A stretch of 61,280 nucleotides of DNA from Candidatus Aegiribacteria sp. (GTDB lineage: Bacteria > Fermentibacterota > Fermentibacteria > Fermentibacterales > JCC-6). The notes below the pieces were generated by a model. That model was not told where the DNA came from and did no database searches. It was given only the letters and a program-made list of their open reading frames with translations. Where the stretch lies: NCBI GenBank assembly GCA_046498225.1, contig JAWOBF010000019.1:1-61280 (forward strand), written 5' to 3'. Below, piece by piece: positions 1 through 7,888 of the stretch; position 1 is the first letter of the stretch, and each line of letters starts with the position of its first letter. Made by a program: the position numbers and the translations under genes.

Positions 1-203
1 GCCTCGCCGGAGAGGGAACCTATCTGGCTTCCTCCCATGGAAATGGTCCCGGAGCGGTCGTATTGCCACACGTTACCCACGGCCATGGGATAGAACTCGT
101 GATCGTTGCCGGCCACCGGTCCCGACGGGTCGTCGCTGTCTCCGCAGGCAGCCATGGATACGAGCAGAACAGCCATTATCATCATTGTCAGTAAAATCTT
201 CAT
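1..203 (-). CDS. Lipoprotein, 5' part (runs off window start)
   Basis: Manual translation from ATG at 203: MKILLTMMIMAVLLVSMAAC-GDSDDPSGP...FYPMAVGNVWQY; signal peptide ending in Cys; GGGGGA RBS; open to position 1; not in ORF track. Confidence 0.75.
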   Translation of the reverse strand, partial: MKILLTMMIMAVLLVSMAACGDSDDPSGPVAGNDHEFYPMAVGNVWQYDRSGTISMGGSQIGSLSGE

Positions 204-288
204 GTTATTTCCCCCTATGGTTTCAGTGAAAGTTAACGGTAACAGGATATTGTCCGAATATCCCTCGAATGTCCAGCCCCGAAAAACG

Positions 289-1254
289 TCAATATGTGAG
301 AGTTCTCTGCTTGAAACCGTAACCCATCACGTCGTGCGCGTCATGCAGCACCATGAAAGCGTCCGGGTCTATCTTCCTCAGAAGGTACCGGAGCAGCATG
401 ACCTGCCTCCTGTGCACGCAGACGTAAATCACGTCCTTGTCCTCCCTTCTGTAGCCCCCCTGGGCTTTCAGGAAGGTCACTCCCCTGTTCAGCCTGTGGA
501 AAATGGCGTCCCTGACCCGGTCCGGTTCGTCAGTGATTATCATCACCGCCTTCACGTAGGGCATTCCCTCCGCCGCGAAATCGGTCATCCTGCTGGTGAG
601 GAACAGGTTGAGATACGCCCAGATAACGATGGCGGGATTCCTGAACACGAAGCCCACAGCCAGTATTATCAGTGATTCCACCATCCAGTATCCGGTGCTT
701 ATGGAGACCCCGGTGTACTTCTTCAGCATGGCCACCGGTATGTCGGTGCCTCCGGTTGAACCCCTGAACTTGAATATCAGGCCGAGGCCAACCCCCAGAA
801 GCGAGGAGCCGGCGATGGAGGCAAGGAGAATGTCCATTTCCGAGTTGCCGGTGAGGAAGACCGCGAGCCTGGGCAGCTCATCGCTTCCCGCCACGTTGTG
901 CACGATGTTTTCGTAACCGCCCAGGAAGGAAAGATGGGAGGGCTGGAAGAGCCAGATCATGGTGTTGGACAGCATCATTCCGGCCAGGCTCCTGACCCCG
1001 AACTGCCTGCCCACGAACAGGTATCCCAGAATGAAAAGGGGTATGTTGAAACCGAACATCCAGATGCTCTCCTGGACCCCGGTCCAGCTGTACAGCACCT
1101 GGGCGAGCCCCCCTACTCCTCCGGGGGATACCCGGAAGGGGAACAGGAACCAGGAGTACGCTACTCCGAACAGCACCGACCCGGCCAGGATACCCGCGTA
1201 GTCCTGCGCTTCACCGCGAAAGCTCACACCGAACCCCCTTCCTTCCATAAGCAA
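289..1254 (-). CDS. YitT family membrane protein (C-terminal DUF2179)
   Basis: PGGVGGLA and GSTGGTD repeats, TM helices, C-terminal RGVTFLKAQGGY...DPDAF; start TTG 1254 or ATG 1248. Confidence 0.9.
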   Translation of the reverse strand: MLMEGRGFGVSFRGEAQDYAGILAGSVLFGVAYSWFLFPFRVSPGGVGGLAQVLYSWTGVQESIWMFGFNIPLFILGYLFVGRQFGVRSLAGMMLSNTMIWLFQPSHLSFLGGYENIVHNVAGSDELPRLAVFLTGNSEMDILLASIAGSSLLGVGLGLIFKFRGSTGGTDIPVAMLKKYTGVSISTGYWMVESLIILAVGFVFRNPAIVIWAYLNLFLTSRMTDFAAEGMPYVKAVMIITDEPDRVRDAIFHRLNRGVTFLKAQGGYRREDKDVIYVCVHRRQVMLLRYLLRKIDPDAFMVLHDAHDVMGYGFKQRTLTY

Positions 1255-1393
1255 AAAAGGACAAAGCCCGGAGGCTCTGCCCGAAGGGAGTAATATAATG
1301 GAATATTCCTATCTGGCCATTCGCATCGGAGGCAGGAGCAACCAGTTTACATATACCAGACCTTGACAGAAAAAAAACGGAATACTTGTATTC

Positions 1394-1422
1394 CCGGGGT
1401 CATTCGTATCACATGACCCCGG
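1394..1422. repeat. Perfect 10-bp inverted repeat (hairpin or operator)
   Basis: CCGGGGTCAT-N9-ATGACCCCGG just upstream of the promoter at 1434. Confidence 0.6.
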
Positions 1423-1433
1423 TCTGCTTTGTA

Positions 1434-1461
1434 TTGACATGAATGACAGAACTCGTATACT
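1434..1461 (+). promoter_or_regulatory. Sigma70-type promoter
   Basis: TTGACA-N16-TATACT upstream of GGAGG RBS and ATG 1504. Confidence 0.65.
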
Positions 1462-1503
1462 CCCTACTGAGTTTAAAAATCACCCAAACAATCGGAGGCT
1501 TTT

Positions 1504-2157
1504 ATGAAGTATTTTCTTCTGTTGATACTTCCCGCTCTCGCTCTGGCCGGTGCCGACCATCTCGGTTTCGTCCATTCCTCTGGATCAGGTCACGGAGGAC
1601 CGACTGACGCCGTGGTCTTCGACCAGGGATACTCGTTCGCAGCTCTCGTAAACGGTTTTCAGCATATCCAGATGGCTGATGACTTCATTCTCGACGACGA
1701 CGTCAGCATCCAGAACATCAGGATGTGGATGATCTACACCGGTTCCAACCCAACCAGCTACGACCTGGCCATCGCCGAGGACAGCGGCGATTCCGATCCC
1801 AGTACTGCCACCACCATATGGTCGGAGAATGTGCCCTGCACACATGTCGACACCGGTGACGATCAGTGGGGATTCGACATCTGGGAAACCACTTTTGCCA
1901 TCTCCGAGACCAATGCATACCCCGAACTTACTGCTGGTGTCAGGTACTGGCTTATCTTCAACTTCACCGCCTCCGAGTACTGGCTCGTGCAGGACCCGGT
2001 ATGGGGAAGTTACGCATGGACCGGAGACGGTACGGACTGGTGGAGGTCTGACGACCCGACTACGTTCGACTATGCCGCCGATGCATTCTTCCAGCTCTAC
2101 GACACTTCCGTGGCTCTGGAGAGGTCCACCTGGGCCAACATCAAGACCGTATTCTAG
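1504..2157 (+). CDS. Secreted acidic protein with C-terminal TWxxIK tail
   Basis: Signal peptide MKYFLLLILPALALA; ADDF motif; ends VALERSTWANIKTVF; resembles 47661-48470. Confidence 0.85.
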   Translation: MKYFLLLILPALALAGADHLGFVHSSGSGHGGPTDAVVFDQGYSFAALVNGFQHIQMADDFILDDDVSIQNIRMWMIYTGSNPTSYDLAIAEDSGDSDPSTATTIWSENVPCTHVDTGDDQWGFDIWETTFAISETNAYPELTAGVRYWLIFNFTASEYWLVQDPVWGSYAWTGDGTDWWRSDDPTTFDYAADAFFQLYDTSVALERSTWANIKTVF

Positions 2158-2180
2158 AACTGCCGCTGCAGTATAGAAGC

Positions 2181-2219
2181 AACCGGGAAGGGCACATGTC
2201 CTTCCCGGTTCTTTCTTTT
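2181..2219 (+). terminator. Rho-independent terminator, between convergent genes
   Basis: AACCGGGAAGGGC-ACAT-GTCCTTCCCGGTT followed by CTTTCTTTT. Confidence 0.8.
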
Positions 2220-2243
2220 ACCTTCTGTTATGGAAAACCGGCG

Positions 2244-3785
2244 CTATTCCCACTCGATGGTGCCCGGAGGCTTGCTGGAAACATCGTAGACCACCCGGCT
2301 CACGCCGCTTACCCTGTTTACTATGGAGGACGATATCCTGGCCAGGTGCTCGGGGTCCATCCTGTACCAGTCGGCGGTCATGCCGTCGGTGGAGGTCACC
2401 GCCCTGAGAGCTATGACCCTGTCGTAGGTCCTCTCGTCGCCCATCACACCAACCGTCCGGACGGGAAGGAGCACGGCGAAGGCCTGCCATATCTCGTCGT
2501 ACAGCCCGTTATCCAGCAGGTAGTCTATGAATATCCTGTCCACCCTCCTCAGTATATCCAGGTCCAGGGGATTCACTTCCCCCAGTATCCTCACCGCCAG
2601 TCCCGGCCCCGGGAACGGATGCCTCGCCACCATTCGGGGCGGAAGGCCCAGCTGAATTCCCAGCTCTCTCACCTCGTCCTTGAACAGCTCCCTGAGGGGT
2701 TCCAGCAGCTTCAGGTCCATTCTGTCGGGAAGCCCTCCCACGTTGTGATGGCTTTTTATGGTGGCGGAGGGCCCGCGGAAGGAAACGCTCTCGATGACGT
2801 CCGGGTAGAGGGTGCCCTGTGCGAGGTGGGTAACGTTATCTATTTCGGAGGCGGCCTTCTCGAAGAGCTGAATGAACGTCCTGCCGATTATCTTCCTCTT
2901 CTTCTCCGGGTCCGTGACGCCCCTCAGGGCCGACAGGAATTCATCGGCGCCATGGATGACCTTCAGCGGCATTCCGAAATGGTCCCGGAAGGTCTCCACC
3001 ACCGATTCCATCTCGCCCATCCTCAGCAGGCCGTTGTCCACGAAGATGGGGGTGAACCTCTTCGGGACGGCCCTGTGCAGAAGCGCGGCCACCACGGATG
3101 AGTCCACTCCCCCCGACAGTCCCAGTATGACGTTCCCCCCGTCCTTCAGCTCCTCCCTTATCATCTCCGCGGATCGCCTGCTGAATTCCTCCATGTTCCA
3201 GTTGGGAGTGATTTCAGCGATATTCAGAACGAAATTCCTCAGAAGCTGTTCCCCGAACTCGGTGTGGTTGACCTCCGGGTGGAACTGGACTCCGTACCGT
3301 TTTCTTGACCTGTCGGCCATGGCGGCTATGGGAAGGGAATCCGTGCTCGCGGCAACGACGTACCTGTCCGGGACCCGGACCACCCTGTCCCCGTGGCTCA
3401 TCCATGCCTGAAGACCGGGGTCTACGGAGTGGAAGATATCCGTACCAGGTTCCGGATAGAGCCTGGCCGGGCCGTATTCCCTCTCGTGACCGCCTTCCAC
3501 ACCGCCGCTTTCATGAAGGGCCAGCAGCTGCATGCCGTAGCAGATGCCCAGCATTGGCAGGTCGAGGTCGAAAAGGCGGGGGTCCGGATGGGGGGAATCG
3601 CTGTCGTAGACGCTGGAAGGCCCGCCGGAGAGGATGACAGCGGAGGGTTTCATTTCCAGGACCCGGGGCAGGGGAGCGTCGCCGGGAATCAGTTCGCAGT
3701 ACACTCCCATTTCCCTTATCCTTCTTGCTATCAGCTGATTGTACTGGGAACCGAAATCAAGGACGGCTACTCCGTTCGGAACCAT
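2244..3785 (-). CDS. guaA: GMP synthase (glutamine-hydrolysing)
   Basis: LDFGSQY, GICYGMQ, QFHPEV, LSGGVDS, IKSHHNVGGLP, KPPGTIEWE. Confidence 0.98.
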   Translation of the reverse strand: MVPNGVAVLDFGSQYNQLIARRIREMGVYCELIPGDAPLPRVLEMKPSAVILSGGPSSVYDSDSPHPDPRLFDLDLPMLGICYGMQLLALHESGGVEGGHEREYGPARLYPEPGTDIFHSVDPGLQAWMSHGDRVVRVPDRYVVAASTDSLPIAAMADRSRKRYGVQFHPEVNHTEFGEQLLRNFVLNIAEITPNWNMEEFSRRSAEMIREELKDGGNVILGLSGGVDSSVVAALLHRAVPKRFTPIFVDNGLLRMGEMESVVETFRDHFGMPLKVIHGADEFLSALRGVTDPEKKRKIIGRTFIQLFEKAASEIDNVTHLAQGTLYPDVIESVSFRGPSATIKSHHNVGGLPDRMDLKLLEPLRELFKDEVRELGIQLGLPPRMVARHPFPGPGLAVRILGEVNPLDLDILRRVDRIFIDYLLDNGLYDEIWQAFAVLLPVRTVGVMGDERTYDRVIALRAVTSTDGMTADWYRMDPEHLARISSSIVNRVSGVSRVVYDVSSKPPGTIEWE

Positions 3786-3794
3786 CTAATCTCC

Positions 3795-5243
3795 TTAACA
3801 TCCATTCGGTGATCCGCCGTCCCCCCGGCTCAGGTCCGGAAGGTCCACCGGATATTCACCATCGAAGCAGGCGGTGCAGTAATCCCCGGGACTGTGCGCT
3901 GCCACGCAGCTGAGCATGCCCTCCTTCGAAAGGTAGCCCAGGCTGTCCACCCCGAGCTGGGCGGCTATTTCCTCCACCGAGAAGTTCCTCGCTATGAGAC
4001 TGGATGGTTCGGGAAAGTCTATGCCGAAGTAGCAGCCGTACTTGTGAGGGGGACAGCTGACCCGCATATGGACTTCCTCGGCCCCGGCCTCCCTCAGGGC
4101 CCTTATCCTGGCCCTGCTGGTGGTGCCCCTTACGATGCTGTCCTCCACCACGCAGAGCTTCCTGCCCTTTACGGCCTCCGGAATGGGCTGCAGCTTTCTC
4201 ATCACCATCGCCGCACGCCTGGCCGACGCCGGATCGATGAAAGTCCTGCCTATGTAATGGTTCCGGGTGAAACACATGTCAAAGGGTGCATTCAGCTCCC
4301 TGGCGAATCCCATGGCAGCGAACATGCCGCTGTCGGGTACCGGGGCTACTATGTCGCAGTCCACAGGATGCTCCCTCGCCAGCTGCCGTCCCATGGCCAG
4401 TCGCGTGGTGTAGACGCTGTCGCCGAAGATCCTGCTTCCGGGCCTGGCGAAATAGACGTGCTCGAAAATGCACTGGGCCAGCCCCCTTCTCTTCCTGAAG
4501 AGATTCCCCCTGTCCCTTATGATCTCCGATTCGGGCTGAAAACCTTCATGCGGAATGAAGAGAACCTCACCCGCCTGGATCTCCCGCAGATACTCCGCTC
4601 CGCAGACATCGAAGGCCAGTGTCTCGCTTGCCACTATCCAGCCTCCTTCCTCGAACCTGCCCAGGCTGAGGGGCCTGAACCCCAGAGGGTCGCGTACCGC
4701 GTACATTCCCTCGGGGCTCATGATGAGGAAACAGTAGGCCCCCTGAAGTCTTCTCAGGGCTATCTCCAGGGCATCCCTTATGTTGAAGCCTGTCTGCTCC
4801 AGGTTCCTGGACATGAGGTGAAGCACAACCTCCGTGTCTGTCCTGGTCAGGAATATGGCCCCCTGGCGCTGAAGTTCGTCCCGCAGGGATCCTGCATTGG
4901 TGAGGGTTCCGTTGTGGGCTATTCCTATCTGGAATCCGGCCATTCTCACCAGCAGGGGCTGAGCGTTCTCCACGTCCTCCCCCCCGTATGTACCGTAGCG
5001 GACGTGTCCTATCACCGAGGAGATGTCACCGCCGAAGAAATCGGGAGGTATGTCCGACATCGCCTCGCCTACGGTGCCCTTGCGCTTGTGCAGCCTCATG
5101 GACCCGTCGGTGCAGGTGAGGAGGCCGGCGGCCTCCTGGCCGCGATGCTGGAGAGCCAGAAGACCTTCGGCCACCAGGGACACCTGGTCGCCCGGAAAAC
5201 CGCTTATTCCGCACAGTCCGCAGTACTCCCCGGCCCTATTCAA
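3795..5243 (-). CDS. purF: Amidophosphoribosyltransferase
   Basis: Short propeptide then CG, LQHRGQE, GHVRY, HNG, CIFEHVYFARP, VEDSIVRGTT, CYFGIDF, YCTACF (Fe-S-type cysteines). Confidence 0.95.
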   Translation of the reverse strand: MNRAGEYCGLCGISGFPGDQVSLVAEGLLALQHRGQEAAGLLTCTDGSMRLHKRKGTVGEAMSDIPPDFFGGDISSVIGHVRYGTYGGEDVENAQPLLVRMAGFQIGIAHNGTLTNAGSLRDELQRQGAIFLTRTDTEVVLHLMSRNLEQTGFNIRDALEIALRRLQGAYCFLIMSPEGMYAVRDPLGFRPLSLGRFEEGGWIVASETLAFDVCGAEYLREIQAGEVLFIPHEGFQPESEIIRDRGNLFRKRRGLAQCIFEHVYFARPGSRIFGDSVYTTRLAMGRQLAREHPVDCDIVAPVPDSGMFAAMGFARELNAPFDMCFTRNHYIGRTFIDPASARRAAMVMRKLQPIPEAVKGRKLCVVEDSIVRGTTSRARIRALREAGAEEVHMRVSCPPHKYGCYFGIDFPEPSSLIARNFSVEEIAAQLGVDSLGYLSKEGMLSCVAAHSPGDYCTACFDGEYPVDLPDLSRGDGGSPNGC

Positions 5244-6852
5244 TCGACTTCTCCCTGGCGGCTTCCATGAACGCCCTGAACAGGGGATTGGGCCTTAGAG
5301 GGGTTGAGGTGAACTCCGGATGGAACTGGCAGGCCAGGAACCACCTCTGTTCCGGCCTCTCGATTATCTCCACCAGGGTTCCGTCGGGGGAGACTCCCGA
5401 AAATACCAGCCCGGTCTGTCCGAGTCTCTCCCGGTAATCATTGTTGAACTCGTACCTGTGCCTGTGGCGTTCGGAAACACTGCCGGCTCCGTAAGCGGAC
5501 TCGGCCAGGGACCCCTCCAGAAGATTGCATGGATAGAGACCGAGCCTCATGGTTCCGCCCTTCTCAGTGACACTTTTCTGCTCCTCCATCAGGTGTATCA
5601 CCGGATGGCCGGATTCCGGAGCGAACTCCGAGCTGTTCGCGTCTTCCAGCCCGGCCAGGCTCCTGGCGGTCTCTATCACCGCGCACTGCATTCCGAGGCA
5701 TATGCCGAGGAAGGGAATGTCGTTCTCCCTGGCGTACCTGACGGCCACCAGCTTCCCTTCTATGCCCCTGTACCCGAAACCGCCCGGCACTATGATACCG
5801 TCCAGACCGTCGAGCGGGGAGGTATCTCCCCCTTCCAGCTCCTCCGACTCTATCCCCCTTATCTCCAGGGCACAGTCGCAGGCGACGGCTCCGTGGGTGA
5901 CAGCCTCGAAGATGCTCTTGTAGGCGTCCCTCAGACTCATGTACTTGCCGGTCACCCCAATCCTCACCGTGGGGCCGGAGGGTTTAACCGCCCGGGAGAG
6001 CATATCCTTCCAGTCGTTCAGATCGAGGTCGTTCAGTGGAAGTCCCAGCCTCTGGAGAATGAGTTCGTCCAGCTTCTGCCGGGCAAGCTCCACCGGCACC
6101 TCGTAGATGGAATTCTCCACGTTCTTCTCTTCTATCACTGCTTCCAGGGGTACATTGCAGAACATGGAAAGCTTCCTGAAATGCTCCTCCTGCAGCGACC
6201 TCTCGGTCCTGCAGATGAGTATGTCCGGTATTATCCCTATGCTGCGGAGAATGCTGGCGGACTGCTGGGACGGTTTTGTCTTCAGTTCCCTCGACGCGGA
6301 GAGGTAGGGTATCAGGGTGAGATGGATATAGAGGACGTTCTCCCGGCCCAGGTCGAGCCCCAGCTCCCGCAGCGCCTCGAGGAAGGGCAGCCCCTCGATG
6401 TCGCCGGCGGTGCCGCCGACTTCGGTTATGGCTATGTCCGTACCCTCTCCGGCCTGTGAGAGCACCGCGTTCTTTATCTCGTCGGTCACATGGGGTATGA
6501 CCTGGACGGTCTTTCCCAGGTATCCGCCCTTTCTCTCCCTGGCCAGCACCGAGGAGTAAATTTTACCCGCGGTGAAATTGCTGTTCCGGTCGCAGGATAC
6601 GCCGGCAAAACGTTCGTAGTGGCCCAGGTCCAGGTCCGTCTCGGTCCCGTCGTCGGTGACATAGACCTCTCCGTGCTGGTAGGGGGACATGGTCCCGGGG
6701 TCTACGTTCAGGTAGGGGTCCAGCTTCTGAAGGGTCACCCTGTAGCCTCTCTGCCGCAGCAGCAGGGCTATGGAGGCTGCGGTGATCCCCTTTCCCAGGG
6801 ATGAAACCACTCCACCGGTAACGAATATGAACCTGGTCCTGCTAGTGGACAT
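5236..6852 (-). CDS. pyrG: CTP synthase
   Basis: FVTGGVVSSLGKGI, DPYLNVDPGTMSPYQHGEV, GICLGMQ, ERHRHRYE, QFHPEF; start trimmed to MSTSRTRF. Confidence 0.98.
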   Translation of the reverse strand: MSTSRTRFIFVTGGVVSSLGKGITAASIALLLRQRGYRVTLQKLDPYLNVDPGTMSPYQHGEVYVTDDGTETDLDLGHYERFAGVSCDRNSNFTAGKIYSSVLARERKGGYLGKTVQVIPHVTDEIKNAVLSQAGEGTDIAITEVGGTAGDIEGLPFLEALRELGLDLGRENVLYIHLTLIPYLSASRELKTKPSQQSASILRSIGIIPDILICRTERSLQEEHFRKLSMFCNVPLEAVIEEKNVENSIYEVPVELARQKLDELILQRLGLPLNDLDLNDWKDMLSRAVKPSGPTVRIGVTGKYMSLRDAYKSIFEAVTHGAVACDCALEIRGIESEELEGGDTSPLDGLDGIIVPGGFGYRGIEGKLVAVRYARENDIPFLGICLGMQCAVIETARSLAGLEDANSSEFAPESGHPVIHLMEEQKSVTEKGGTMRLGLYPCNLLEGSLAESAYGAGSVSERHRHRYEFNNDYRERLGQTGLVFSGVSPDGTLVEIIERPEQRWFLACQFHPEFTSTPLRPNPLFRAFMEAAREKSIE

Positions 6853-6936
6853 GGAAAACAGCCTTTCAGAATAGATAAAAAACACTTCCCAGCATAAGCA
6901 ATTATTGTACACGGGAATCGTTTTTACAAGACTGCC

Positions 6937-7749
6937 CTACTCGAAGTAAAGATCGGGCCGCCTGTCGCGCAGAACGTGATTGCGGGGCGTTATGCGCTTG
7001 TCGCGCGCCCTGTTGATGTCCAGTTCCGCTACGAAAACTTCTTCGCCCTCCTCCTCGGCGGTATGAACTACCTCCCCTTCCGGAGCGGCTATCCGGCTTC
7101 TGCCGGTGAAACGGATATTCCCGAAGGGCCTGCGCTCGGTGCCCGTCCTGTTGGCCGTTACCGAAAAGACCATGTTCTCCGTGCATCTGGTCACCATGGC
7201 CCTCTGGCAGTGGTCCAGCACCAGGTTTGCCGGATGGCAGAGAATATCGGCCCCCAACAGTGCCAGAGTCCTGGCCACCTCGGGGAATATCCAGTCGAAA
7301 CAGACCATCATTCCCAGCCTGGCACCCGGAATGGGATGGACCGACAGGGGAAGGTCCCCCTCATCGAAGTAGAGCTTCTCCCGGTCGAACAGATGAAGCT
7401 TCCTGTACCTGGCGACTATTCCCGAAGGACCCAGCAGAAGAGAGCTGTTGTAGCACCTGTCGCCGGCCCTCTCCGCAAAACCGGTGACCATATGCATGCC
7501 GCCCCCGCGGCACAGTTCCACCAGCCGAGCAACCACCGGGGATTCCTCCGGCTCCCGGGCCATAGCCAGAAGCTCCTCCCTGTCTGTGAACCCGTAGCCG
7601 GTGAACGGCAGTTCGGGGAGCACTATCAGATCCGCGCTTACCCCGGTAAGGGCCCGGACGACTTTTTCCAGGTTACCCGAAATGTCCCCGAACACCGGCG
7701 AGAACTGCAGATATCCCGCTCTGAAACCGCCTGCCGCTTCAACTTCCAA
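6937..7749 (-). CDS. Carbon-nitrogen hydrolase (nitrilase superfamily)
   Basis: E-K-C triad: VLPEL, YRKLHL, VCFDW. Confidence 0.92.
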   Translation of the reverse strand: MEVEAAGGFRAGYLQFSPVFGDISGNLEKVVRALTGVSADLIVLPELPFTGYGFTDREELLAMAREPEESPVVARLVELCRGGGMHMVTGFAERAGDRCYNSSLLLGPSGIVARYRKLHLFDREKLYFDEGDLPLSVHPIPGARLGMMVCFDWIFPEVARTLALLGADILCHPANLVLDHCQRAMVTRCTENMVFSVTANRTGTERRPFGNIRFTGRSRIAAPEGEVVHTAEEEGEEVFVAELDINRARDKRITPRNHVLRDRRPDLYFE

Positions 7750-7888
7750 TCTGGCTTCCGTTCATTCGAGTTATTACAGAACAACGAACCATGGAGTAAT
7801 AAAACCTACATCCTTTGCGCTTTTTCATTCTGTGTGACATAGTTTCATTGTATACCCAAAATTCCCGCCTCAGGAAAGGTAACCCATT

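Noticed and set aside
1363-1392. Second TTGACA promoter
   Set aside because: No convincing -10 at 16-18 bp spacing
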